The translations under genes and the position numbers were made by a program. Positions 20,425-30,559 of a stretch of DNA of 64,000 nt are shown one piece after another; the stretch's first letter is position 1; every line of letters begins with the position of its first letter. The notes beneath the pieces are model-generated. The model was not told the origin of the DNA. It did no database searches and was given only the letters and a program-made list of their open reading frames with translations. Origin of the DNA: an uncultured Spirochaetota bacterium (GTDB taxonomy: Bacteria; Spirochaetota; Spirochaetia; SZUA-6; CAVTHK01); NCBI GenBank assembly GCA_963734495.1, contig CAVTHK010000009.1, positions 256,001 through 320,000 on the forward strand. The letters run 5' to 3'.

Positions 20425-21493
20425 ATGGACGACGAGACACTGGCCCTGGTCTACAAACGGGCGGGATGCCTCGAGCCGATGACCGTGCCGATCCCCCGCA
20501 TTCCGGGGCCCTCGGTGCGCGTCGAGATGAAGGCCTGCGGCATCTGCGGCAGCGACGTCAAGTACTTCCGCGGCGACAACCCCTGGGCGCTGCACACGCT
20601 CGGCCGCAACATCCCGCCGCCTCCGAACATGATCCTCGGCCACGAGGTGTCGGGCGTCGAGGCCTCCAGCGGACAGCGCCGCCGCGTGGCGATCCTCGCG
20701 TTCAAGAGCTGCGGCCGCTGCGCGGCCTGCCGCGGCGGGCGCGAGAACCTGTGCGCCGACATGGAGCACTTTGGCCACAGCGCGGGGTGGGCGAAGATGG
20801 CCTACACCCCCGGGCGGCATGTCGCGGCAGTTCGACATCTGGCAGGGCTTCGACTACGAGATCCCCGACTCGGTCTCCCACGAGGCCGCGACGTTCCTGG
20901 ACGGCCTCGCGGTTGCGGTGCACGCCGTCGAGGTGGGCGGCGTCGGGCCGGGGCACTGGGTCGGGGTCGTCGGCCTCGGGCCGATCGGGATGCTGGCAGC
21001 CCAGGCCGCGCGGGCCGCCGGCGCGGAGCGGGTCTTCGCCACGGACGTGTACGACGTTCCCGTCCGGCTGGCGGCGAGGTGGGGCTCACGAACGTCGTGT
21101 CCGCCGAGGACACCGACCCCGTCGACTACATCCGCAGCCAGACCAGGGGGCGCTCCGGCCTCGACGTGGTTTTCGACACGGTGGGAACCGAGGGCTCGAT
21201 CACCGACGGGCCTCGGCCTGCTCGCGCCGGGCGGGGCGCTGGTGCTCCTTGCGATCAGCGAGAAGCCGGTGTCGTTCGCGACCATCGCGATCAGCGGCGA
21301 GAGGCGGATCCTTTCGTCCGCCAACAATCGCTACCCGGACTTTCCGAGGGCGATCGACCTGCTCGGCCGGGGCCTGGTGCGCGTCGAGCCGCTGATCACC
21401 CACCGCTTTCGCCTCGAAGACGGCGCGAAAGCCTTTGACGTCATGCTCCGAAAAAGAGAAGAGGGAGCCTACAAGGTCGTGCTTCTGCCGTAA
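20425..21493 (+). CDS. Zn-dependent alcohol/polyol dehydrogenase (MDR), frameshifted
   Basis: CGICGSD, LGHE, CGRCAAC...NLC, GLGPIG, LITHRF; TATAAT and AGGAG upstream. Confidence 0.88.
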
Positions 21494-21511
21494 AGGCGGG
21501 GAGGTGTCGTC

Positions 21512-22869
21512 ATAGCCGCGGAACGGACCGACCTGAGCTCCTACCTCACTCCTCGGCAGGTCGTCTTTCTGCGCAGCCGCTCGCGGCAGGGCGCCATCCG
21601 CGAGCTGGTGCAGGCGGCCTGCCGGACGGCCCCGTCGCTCGACCCCGAGGCGACGTTCACCGCCGTGTGGGAGCGGGAGTCGGTCGTGAGCTCCTGGATC
21701 GCGCCGGGGATCGCCATGCCCCACGCGCGCCTGAAGGGGTTCTCGGGGTTCCTGCTCGTCGTGGGCCGCAGCCGTCAAGGGCGTGGACTACGAGTCGCCC
21801 GACGGCGAGCCCGTCGAGATCCTCGCGCTCATCCTCGGCAACGCGGCCGAGGTCGACCGCCACATCGAGCTGCTCGCCGAGACCGCGCGGACGCTGCGGC
21901 CGCAGGAGGCGCGGCGCAGGATCGTCGAAGCGAAGACCAAGCGTGAAGTCTGGGCGGTCATGACCTCCCAGCTCGAGGAGCCGCCCGCGCGGGCGCCCAC
22001 CGTCGACCCGTCGCGGCTCATGGTCAACCACGCCCTCTGGCTGGCGAGGGAGATCCAGGCCGGCGCGGTGATCCTGCACCTCGAGGCGACCGACGACGTC
22101 GCCGCGCTCGCCGCGGTGGAGAGCGATCTGCCGGTGATCCTCGTGGTGCAGGACGCGAGCCGGCTGCCGCCGGAGCTGCGCGGCGACCACCCCGTGCTCG
22201 AGCTGCCGCTGGCCGGCCTCACGCGGGCGAACCACGTGGCCTTCACCCTGATCGTCGCCCTGTCCCGCGGCCTCATCGACAGAACCTCCCGGGTCGTGAG
22301 CCTCTTCGGCGTCCCCGGCTCCGGCCGCCTGGACACGCTGGCCGTGATCGACGTCGCGCGGGAGTTCCCGTCGGTGTTCGCGGCGTCGCCGGCCGGCCTG
22401 CTCGGCGACGTGCGCCTCGAGGTGCTGGAGCGCGTGCTGCAGCTCGCCGCTGAGCTCGGGCCGCGAGGGCCGCGAGGGCAAGCCGGTCGGCATGCTGTTC
22501 GTCCTCGGCGACCACGACAAGGTGCGCGGGTGGACGCACCAGATGGTGATGAACCCGTTCAAGGGGTACCGCGACGAGGAAAAGAACATCCTCGACCCGA
22601 GCCTCGCCGAGACGGTCAAGGAGTTCTCGACGATCGACGGGGCTTTCCTCGTGCGCGGCGACGGCGTCATCGAGGCCGCGGGCGCGTTCCTGCGCACGGG
22701 CAAGCAGGCCGCCGAGGCGGTCCCCGGCCTCGGCGCGCGCCACGCCGCGGCCGCCGGCGTGACCGCGCGGACGGCGGCCCTCGCCGTTGCGCTGTCCCAG
22801 TCGACGGGGAGGGTGAGCCTCTTCGCTGGGGGCAAGCTCGTGATGCAGCTCGACCGGTCCGGCGGATAG
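21512..22869 (+). CDS. PTS EIIA (Fru/Ntr type) - PK_C-like - diadenylate cyclase (DAC) fusion; frameshifts near 21780 and 22460
   Basis: ERES..S.WIAPGIAMPHAR and GRS..GVDY.SPDGEPV (EIIA); REG+PVGMLFVLGD, NPFKGY, KEFSTIDGAF, GLGARHAAA, LSQSTG (DAC, DacZ/CdaZ type). Confidence 0.82.
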
Positions 22870-22877
22870 CCTTCCGC

Positions 22878-24269
22878 ATGACCGACCTGACCAAAGGCAA
22901 CGAGACTCGGGCCATCATCGCGTTCGCCCTGCCCATGCTGCTGGGCAACGTCTTCCAGCAGCTCTACTCGACCGTCGATGGCATCGTCGTCGGACGGTTC
23001 GTGGGCAAGGAAGCGCTCGCGGCGGTGGGCGCGAGCTTTCCCGTCATGTTCCTCATGATCTCGCTCGTGATGGGCATCACGATGGGCGCGGGCATCATGC
23101 TGTCGCAGCTCTACGGCGCCGGCGACTTCGAGCGCCTCAGGCGCACGCGGGACACCGCGATCGTCTTCCTGTCGGTCGCCTCCCTGGCGGTCACCGCCCT
23201 CGGCCTCGCCGCCAGCGGCCCCATCCTGCGCCTGGTCCGGGTGCCGGAGCCCGTCTTCCCGATGGCGCTCTCCTACCTGCGGATCATGTTCGCCGGGATG
23301 GTCTTCACGTTCGGCTACAACGCCGTGGGGTCGATCCTGCGCGCTCTGGGGGACTCGAAGCGGCCTCTCTACTTCCTGATCGCGGCCACCCTCGCGAACG
23401 TCGTCCTCGACCTGCTCTTCGTGGTCGTGTTCCACTGGGGCATCGAGGGCGCCGCCTGGGCGACGGTGATCTCGCAGGCGCTCTCGTTCGCGCTCGGAGC
23501 GCGCCACATGCAGCGCACGGAGCTGCTGCGAGTGCGGCCGCGGCTCCTGGTCTTCGACCGCGGGCTCGCGGCGGGGATGGTGCGGATCGGGCTGCCGGCG
23601 GGGCTGCAGCACTCGCTGATCTCCCTCGCCTTCATCGCGCTCAACGGGATCGTGAACCCCTTTGGCACCGCCGTGATCGCCGGCTTCACGGCCGCCTCGC
23701 GCCTGGATTCATTTGCCGGCATGCCGGCCATGAACCTCTCGATGGCGGTCTCGACCTTCGTCGGCCAGAACCTGGGCGCCGGCAAGCCGGAGCGCCTGCG
23801 CAGGGGATTTGTCTCCGCGCTCGCCGTCGGAATCGCAATCTCCCTCGCGCTGACCGCGGTGATGATCTTCTTCAAGAGACCCTTGATCCGGCTCTTCAAC
23901 ACCGACGCGGAGGTCGTGCGGATCGGGGCCGAGTACCTGCTCACGGTGTCGTTCGTCTATCCCGTGTTCGCCTCGATGCTCATCACCGGCGGAGTGCTGC
24001 GAGGGGCGGGGGCCACGTTCGCGAACATGGTGATCAGCGTGGCGGCCCTCTGGGGCGTCCGCATCCCGGTCGCCGCTTTCCTCTCGAGCCGCATGGGGAC
24101 CCGAGGCATCTGGATGAGCGTCCCGGCGGAGTGGGTGTTCGCGTTCTCGGTGACTTTCCTCTACTACCTCACCGGACGATGGAAGAAGAAGGTCGTCGCG
24201 CGCCCCCGGCCCGCTCCCGTCGCGGCCGGATGCGCCGGGCCGAAGCGCGGCGAGGCATCGAAGCCGTGA
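22878..24269 (+). CDS. MATE family efflux transporter
   Basis: FALPMLLGNVFQQLYSTVDGIVVGRFVG, LRALGDSKRPL, GQNLGAG. Confidence 0.93.
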   Translation: MTDLTKGNETRAIIAFALPMLLGNVFQQLYSTVDGIVVGRFVGKEALAAVGASFPVMFLMISLVMGITMGAGIMLSQLYGAGDFERLRRTRDTAIVFLSVASLAVTALGLAASGPILRLVRVPEPVFPMALSYLRIMFAGMVFTFGYNAVGSILRALGDSKRPLYFLIAATLANVVLDLLFVVVFHWGIEGAAWATVISQALSFALGARHMQRTELLRVRPRLLVFDRGLAAGMVRIGLPAGLQHSLISLAFIALNGIVNPFGTAVIAGFTAASRLDSFAGMPAMNLSMAVSTFVGQNLGAGKPERLRRGFVSALAVGIAISLALTAVMIFFKRPLIRLFNTDAEVVRIGAEYLLTVSFVYPVFASMLITGGVLRGAGATFANMVISVAALWGVRIPVAAFLSSRMGTRGIWMSVPAEWVFAFSVTFLYYLTGRWKKKVVARPRPAPVAAGCAGPKRGEASKP

Positions 24270-25231
24270 AGACCCGCGCCGCCCCGGTCCTCGCCCCCAC
24301 GCTCGCCGCGCTCGCCGTCGTGCTGCTCTGGGGGATGTCTTTCGTCTCCTCGAAGGCGATTCTGAACACGGGGTTCCCGCCGCTCACGATGGCCTTTGCC
24401 CGCTTCGCCGTGGCGTCGCTCGCCCTCGCGCCGCTGCGCCGCGGGCTCGAGCCGGGCAGCCGCTTCGAGGCGAGGGAGCGGCCCCTGCTGGTCGTCACGG
24501 GACTTTTCGGCGTCACGGTCTACTTCTTCTTCGAGACGAGGGGCATCAAGCTGACGAGCGCCTCGAGCGCGGCCCTGATCATCGCGACCATCCCCGTGTT
24601 CACGGTCGCCGCGGAGTACCTGTTCTTCCGCACCCCGATCCGCTGGTATCAGGCCGCAGGGATCGCGCTCTCCGTCCTGGGCGTCTACCTGATCGCAGGC
24701 CGCGGCGGGGCGCGGCTGCCGCGGGCGCTCGAGGGGAACCTCTTCATGCTGGGCGCGTGCCTCTCGTGGGTCGCCTACGTCTCGCTGAGCCGCAGGCTCT
24801 ACGGGGGCGCGGGATCGGGCGCGGTCCGCCGCGCCCGGACGCGGCGAAGCGGCGGGGACGACGACCTGCCGCAAGTCCATCAGGCTGCGAGCCGGAGCCT
24901 GAGCCTGACGACGTGGCAGAACCTCATCGGCGCCGCCTTCCTGCTGCCCCTCGCGCTGACCGAGCTGCGCCAGTGGTTCGTCCCCGGCCCCGTCGTGTGG
25001 CTGAACATCCTGTACCTCGCCCTGTTCTGCTCGGCGCTCGGCTATTTCCTCTACCAGTTCGCCCTCTCGCGCCTCGGCCCCGTCGCGGTCGCGACCTTCG
25101 TGAACCTGATCCCGGTTGTCAGCGCCATGGGCGGCTTCGCGTTGCTCGGCGAGACGCTCGCAGCGCAGCAGATGATCGGCGGGCTCGTCGTGATAGCCGG
25201 GGTCTTCCTGGTCAACCTGCCGGTCCGCTAA
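24266..25231 (+). CDS. DMT/EamA family transporter
   Basis: LWGMSF, RFAVA, two EamA repeats, LLGETL; GTGA overlap with MATE. Confidence 0.9.
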   Translation: MKTRAAPVLAPTLAALAVVLLWGMSFVSSKAILNTGFPPLTMAFARFAVASLALAPLRRGLEPGSRFEARERPLLVVTGLFGVTVYFFFETRGIKLTSASSAALIIATIPVFTVAAEYLFFRTPIRWYQAAGIALSVLGVYLIAGRGGARLPRALEGNLFMLGACLSWVAYVSLSRRLYGGAGSGAVRRARTRRSGGDDDLPQVHQAASRSLSLTTWQNLIGAAFLLPLALTELRQWFVPGPVVWLNILYLALFCSALGYFLYQFALSRLGPVAVATFVNLIPVVSAMGGFALLGETLAAQQMIGGLVVIAGVFLVNLPVR

Positions 25232-25305
25232 AGAGGCCGCGCATCCGCTCACCGCCCGCCGGCTGTATATTGCAGTCGCCGCGCGCGCGGACGGGGGCTC
25301 GAGCG

Positions 25306-26187
25306 TTGAAGACTCTCGTGATCGTCAACCCGAAGGCCGGACGCCGCTTCTTTCTCGGTCTCGTGCTCGCCCAGCTCACGGCGGCGCTGGCGCGCCGCGG
25401 CATCGAGCACGTCGTCGCCCGCACGCGGCACCCCGGCGACGCGATCTCGCTCGTGCGCCTCCACCGGCAGGGCGTCGACTTCGTCACGGTGGTCGGGGGG
25501 GACGGCACCATCAACGAGGTCGTGCGCGGGATGGGGGAGAAGCCCCTGCCGCTGGCCGTGATCCCGTTCGGCACGGCGAACGTGCTCGCGCTGGAGCTCG
25601 GCATCCCGACCAATCCGCTCGCCTCGATCGAGGTGGCGCTCGGCGGCGTCGAGCGCCTCATCGACGTCGGGACGATCAACGGGCGGCCCTTCGTGCTCAT
25701 GGTCTCGGCGGGCATAGACGCGTACGCCGTGCATCGTCTGGACGCCGGTCTCAAGCGCATCTCCGGCAAGCTCGCCTACATCGTCGCCGGGCTCGCGTCC
25801 GCGGTGCGCTTCCGGGCGCGGCGCATCCGCGTGAGCCTCCTCGGCAAGCGGATCAGCGACCGCGGCTACCTCGCGGTCGTGGCCAACTCGCGCTTTTACG
25901 GGGGACGTTTCCGCGTGACCCCCGGCGCCAGGATCGACGACGGCGAGCTGAGCGTGCTGCTGCTCAAGAAACGCTCGCTGCTCGACGTGTTCCGCCTTCT
26001 GTTCGCGGTGCTCACCGGCACCCTGCCGGCGATGCGGGACGTGGCCCTCTACCGCGACAAGGCGATCCGGCTCTCGTCGCCCCGCCGCATCTACATGCAG
26101 ACCGACGGCGACAAGATCAACGACCGCGAGGCCGACATCCGCGTGCGGCCGCGCTTTCTGCCCGTGCGCGTGCCCCGCGCCGGTTGA
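25306..26187 (+). CDS. Diacylglycerol/lipid kinase family (YegS/DgkB)
   Basis: IVNPKAG, GGDGTINEV, PFGTANVLA, NSRFYGG, QTDGD. Confidence 0.9.
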   Translation: MKTLVIVNPKAGRRFFLGLVLAQLTAALARRGIEHVVARTRHPGDAISLVRLHRQGVDFVTVVGGDGTINEVVRGMGEKPLPLAVIPFGTANVLALELGIPTNPLASIEVALGGVERLIDVGTINGRPFVLMVSAGIDAYAVHRLDAGLKRISGKLAYIVAGLASAVRFRARRIRVSLLGKRISDRGYLAVVANSRFYGGRFRVTPGARIDDGELSVLLLKKRSLLDVFRLLFAVLTGTLPAMRDVALYRDKAIRLSSPRRIYMQTDGDKINDREADIRVRPRFLPVRVPRAG

Positions 26188-26218
26188 GCCGCCGCGCGCA
26201 CCCGGGCGCCGGAGCCGT

Positions 26219-26788
26219 TCAGCCGCCGGACGCCCGCCGCGGCTTGGCGAGGATCTCGCGGATCTCGAGGTCCTCGAAGTTGCGGGAGTACGCGGGCTTG
26301 ATGACGATCGCCGTGTCCGCCCCGGCGCCCGTGCCCCCGATCGCGATCGCCTCCTCCTCCACTTCGAGCAGCCCGGCATCGGCAGCCATCAGCGCGACCT
26401 CGACGGCGACCTTCATCCCCTGACAGAACCGGTAGAGCGTCGTGCGGATCACGCGGTTGGGCGCCACAAAGCCGAGACCGTCGTTGACGTCGTCGCCGAG
26501 GGCGTGGATGCCGACGAGCGCCGGGATGCCCGCCTCTTCCAGGCGCGCCCTCTCCTCCGCGGTCATCGACCAGCCCACGCCGCGGTAGCTGGCGGAGATC
26601 GCGACGGCCACGATGCGCACGTCGAGGCCCGCGAACGCCGCGCGCGCCTGCAGCGCCGTGCCCCCGTGCGAAGAGGCGACCACGACCTGCCGGATGCGCA
26701 GCTCCTCGGCGCGCTGACGCGCGGCCCGCAGCGTCGCGGCCGTGTTCTCCTCTCCCCCACGGTCGAAAAGCAGTGTTCTGGTCTCCAC
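26219..26788 (-). CDS. Stand-alone pyruvate kinase alpha/beta (PK_C) domain protein
   Basis: ENT..TL, VVVASSHGGTA, CQGMKVAVEVALMAADAG, IAIGGTGAGADTA; SD AAGGAG before GTG 26788. Confidence 0.8.
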   Translation of the reverse strand: METRTLLFDRGGEENTAATLRAARQRAEELRIRQVVVASSHGGTALQARAAFAGLDVRIVAVAISASYRGVGWSMTAEERARLEEAGIPALVGIHALGDDVNDGLGFVAPNRVIRTTLYRFCQGMKVAVEVALMAADAGLLEVEEEAIAIGGTGAGADTAIVIKPAYSRNFEDLEIREILAKPRRASGG

Positions 26789-26907
26789 GAAACTCTCCTT
26801 TTGCGTCATAATGCCGCCGCGCGCCCGTTGCCCTGCGGCATCATACGGCCGCGCGCGCCGCGCGCGCAACCGCCCGCCCGTCGCCCCGCAAACAAAAAGG
26901 AGGCCCC

Positions 26908-28663
26908 ATGCAGGTCAACCGTATCGTCCCGGCGCGCGGGCTTCGTAGCGTCCGCGAGCTCATCGAATCCTTCGAGGGAGACAAGCTCGCCCTTCCCGCC
27001 CTGGCCATGAAGCTGCCCGACGGCTCCTACTGGCGCCTGTCCTACGGCGAGTTGCAGGAGCACGTCCGCGCGCTGGGCGAGGCCCTGCTCGCGCTCGGCG
27101 TCGGCAGGGGCGACCGCATCGGCCTGATCGCGGAGAACCGCAGCGAGTGGATCATCACGTACCTCGCGGTGACCGCGACCGGCGCCGTCATCGTTCCTTT
27201 CGACGTCCTGATCAAGCCCGAGGAGCTGGCGCCGATCGTGCGCTCGAGCGGCGCGCGCATCGTCTTTACGTCGGCCTCCTACCTCGATCGCCTCGCGGAG
27301 GTCCGCAGGCTCACGGCCTCGACGGCGAAGCCGGATGCCGTGGAGAAGGTCGTGCTCTTCGACGATCCCGGGGCGGGCACGCTCCCGTTCTCGATCGCGG
27401 CGTTCCGCGACGTGATCGCCCGCGGCCGCGAGCTGCTCGCGCAGCCGGCCCCCCGCTACCGTGCGATCCGCGTGCGCGCCCGAGGACCTCGCGGCCCTCA
27501 TCTACACCTCGGGGACGACGGGGGAGCCCAAGGGGGTCATGCTTTCGCACGAGAACATCATGACCAACGCCGACGGCGTGCAGATGACCACGAAGCTCGG
27601 GCCGGGCGATAACTGGATCGTGGTGCTCCCGCTCCACCACACCTACCCGACGCTGCTCGGGCTCCTGCTGCCGCTGCTGACCTACGGCATGATCACGCCG
27701 GTCGCTTCGCTCAAGAGCAACGTGCTCGTGCAGATCATGCGCGAGACGGGCGCCACCTGCATCCCCGCGGTCCCCGCCCTGGTCGAGCGCTTCTACAAGG
27801 GCATCTGGACCGCCGTGCGCGAGAAGCCGCTGCCCGTGCGCATCGTGTTCCGGGCGCTCTTCGGCCTGAGCGCGGCGCTGCGCGCCGCAGGCATCGATGC
27901 GGGGCGGCTGCTCTTCCGCAGCGTTGCCGATCAGCTCGGCGTGAGAAAGCTGCGCTTCTTTGTCTCGGGCGGCGGGCCCATCTCGCCGCAGATCATCGAC
28001 GGCATGCAGACGCTCGGGCTCACGACCTTCCAGGGCTACGGCCTCACCGAGGCGAGCCCCGTGGTCTCCACGACCTGCCCGGGCCGGGACAAGCCGGGCA
28101 CGGTCGGGCTCACTCTCTCGAACGTCGAGCTGCGGCTCGGCGATCCCGACGCGGACGGCAACGGCGAGATCCTGGTGCGCGGGCCGAACATCATGCAGGG
28201 GTACGAAGGCAGGCCGGACCTCACCGCCGAGGTGGTGGACGCGGATGGGTGGCTCCACACCGGCGACCTCGGCGCGATCGACCGTGACGGCTACCTCACG
28301 ATCACCGGCAGGATCAAGAACCTGATCGTCACGAGCGGCGGCAAGAACATCTACCCGGAAGAGATCGAGAATGCCCTCCTCGAGAGCCCCTACATTGCCG
28401 AGGCGGTCGTGATGGGCAGGGACGACCCCGAGCATGGAGAGCAGCCGTACGCGATCGTGCACCCGAACCTGGAGGCGCTCGCCGAGGCAGCCGGCGGCAG
28501 CGCGCCCTCGGGCGATGCGCTGCGCCGCGCGCTCGCGGGCGAAGTGCGGCGCACCACGCGCGGCCTGGCTGCCTACAAGGTGCCCGTCGGCTTCGACGTG
28601 AGCCTGGAGGAGCTGCCGAAGACGTCGTCGCGCAAGGTCAAGCGGTTTATGGTCAAGAGGTAG
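26908..28663 (+). CDS. Long-chain acyl-CoA synthetase / AMP-binding enzyme; frameshift near 27478
   Basis: IYTSGTTGEPKGVMLSH, QGYGLTE, GWLHTGDLG, GRIKNLIV..GGKNIYPEEIE. Confidence 0.9.
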
Positions 28664-28773
28664 GACGCCGCAGTCCCCGCTCCCTCTCGCTCTCTGGCGC
28701 TTCGCGGGCCATCCGCGTACAATCCGGCCTCGGGCGGCGCGATGAAAAAAAAGGAGCCGCCGGGAGGCTGGGG

Positions 28774-30083
28774 TTGAATTACGCGCTCATCGGGACCGGG
28801 TCTCGCTCGTACATGTACACGGACGCGCTGCTCGGGGAGTTCAAGGACAGGCACAGCCTGGTCGCGCTCTGCGACGTGAACCAGGTCCGCATGGACGTGG
28901 CGAATCGCCGCTTCAAGGAGCGCCACGGGGCGGGTCCCCTGCGCACCTACAAGCCCGCGGACTTCGAGCGCATGATCCGCGAGAACAGGATCGACACCGT
29001 CATCGTGACGAGCATCGACCGCACGCACCACGAGTACATCGTCCGCGCCATGGAGGCGGGCTGCGACGTCATCAGCGAGAAGCCGATGACGATCGACGCG
29101 GACAAGTGCCGTTTCATCCTCGATGCGATCGAGCGCACGGGGAAGAAGCTCCGCGTCTGCTTCAACTACCGCTATGCGCCGCGCAACAGCCAGGTCAAGG
29201 AGCTGCTCATGCAGGGCGTGGTCGGGAAGATCACGAGCGTGCACTTCGAGTGGCTGCTCGACACCGTGCACGGCGCCGATTACTTCAGGCGCTGGCACCG
29301 GGACAAGCGCAACTCCGGCGGTCTCATGGTGCACAAGGCCACGCACCACTTCGACCTCGTCAACTGGTGGATCGACAGCGTCCCCTCGACGGTGTTCGGG
29401 ATCGGCGACCTCGTGTTCTACGGCCGCGCGAACGCCGAGTCGCGCGGCGTCACGAAGTTCTACGACCGCGCGACGGGCCATCCCAATGCCGTCGGGGACC
29501 CCTTCGCCCTCGATCTCTCCAAGGACACCAAGATGCGCGAGCTCTACCTCGAGGCCGAAAAGGAGGACGGCTACCGGCGCGACGAGAGCGTCTTCGGCCA
29601 CTACATCTCGATCGAGGACGACATGGCGCTGGTGGTGCGCTACAGGAGCGGCGCGGTCATGAGCTACCACCTGACCGCGTACTCGCCGTGGGAAGGCTAC
29701 CGCATCGCTTTCAACGGCACCAAGGGCAGGCTCGAGTACGAGGTCACGGAAAAGCCCTACGTCTCCGGCTCCGCCACGGACGCCAACCAGCCCGCGGTGC
29801 GCAAGGCGGCCGACTTCCAGATCGAAGAACCGGTGCGCATCATCCTGCGCCCGCACTGGCAGCCGCCGGTGCAGATCCCCTTCAACATGGGCAAGGAAGG
29901 CGGCCACGGCGGCGGCGACGCGCGCATGCTGCGCGACATCTTCGTCGGCGGCGAGCCCGACCCGCTGGGCCTTGCCGCGGACCACCGCGCCGGCGCCTGG
30001 TCGATCCTCACGGGCGATCGCCGCCAACAGGAGCTTCGCGAGCGGGCTGCCCGGTCCGCGTCGACGACCTGGTAAAGGTATAG
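28774..30083 (+). CDS. Gfo/Idh/MocA oxidoreductase (YteT-like); 3' frameshifts
   Basis: LIGTGSR, SEKPM, FNYRY, HGADYFRRWHR, HKATHHFD, GGHGGGD. Confidence 0.9.
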
Positions 30084-30097
30084 GAACCCTTCCTTGG

Positions 30098-30180
30098 AGG
30101 GGGAAAGCCTTCCCCCTGGGCGGAGCCCCTGCGGGTCTCCGCCCACCCCCTTCGCCTGGGGGCGCCTCACGGCGCCCCCA
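30098..30180. repeat. Compound palindromic (REP/MITE-like) element with three hairpins
   Basis: AGGGGGAA-agcc-TTCCCCCT; TGGGCGGAG...CTCCGCCCA; TGGGGGCGCC-tcac-GGCGCCCCCA. Confidence 0.65.
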
Positions 30181-30259
30181 AACCCCCGCCCGCGTGTTGT
30201 CGGTTCGCGATGTGATGGGGAGCCTTGTGCAGCGCGCCCGCAGCGAATACATTGACCAC

Positions 30260-30559
30260 ATGACTGCGCTCGAGGCCGTCAGGAAAGAGCTGCACGACCA
30301 CATGCCGGAGCTTCGCTCCCGATTCGGCGTGGTATCTCTAGGCGTATTCGGGTCCTATGCGCGAGCCGAACATGACGCAACGAGCGATATTGACATCCTT
30401 GCTGAGTTCGCGCCGGACGCGAGAGTCGGCTTCTTCGAGTTCCTCACGCTTCAGGAGCATCTTGCGAGCATTCTGGGCCGTCCGGTCGATCTGGTGACCC
30501 GGACTGCGCTCAAACCGTCCATGGGCGACCGCATACTCGACGAGCTCGTGCCAATATGA
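30260..30559 (+). CDS. Minimal nucleotidyltransferase (MNT/MntA-type antitoxin)
   Basis: 99 aa; GVFGSYAR....SDIDIL, LGRPVDLVT..ALK. Confidence 0.9.
   Translation: MTALEAVRKELHDHMPELRSRFGVVSLGVFGSYARAEHDATSDIDILAEFAPDARVGFFEFLTLQEHLASILGRPVDLVTRTALKPSMGDRILDELVPI

Noticed and set aside
21783-24269. 828-aa apparent cyclase-MATE fusion
   Set aside because: The segment 22460-22877 is off-frame; the DAC domain ends at TAG 22869 and MATE starts at 22878
30098-30180. Hairpin cluster as a CRISPR array or Rho-independent terminator
   Set aside because: The stems differ in sequence, there are no spacers or cas genes, and there is no U-tract
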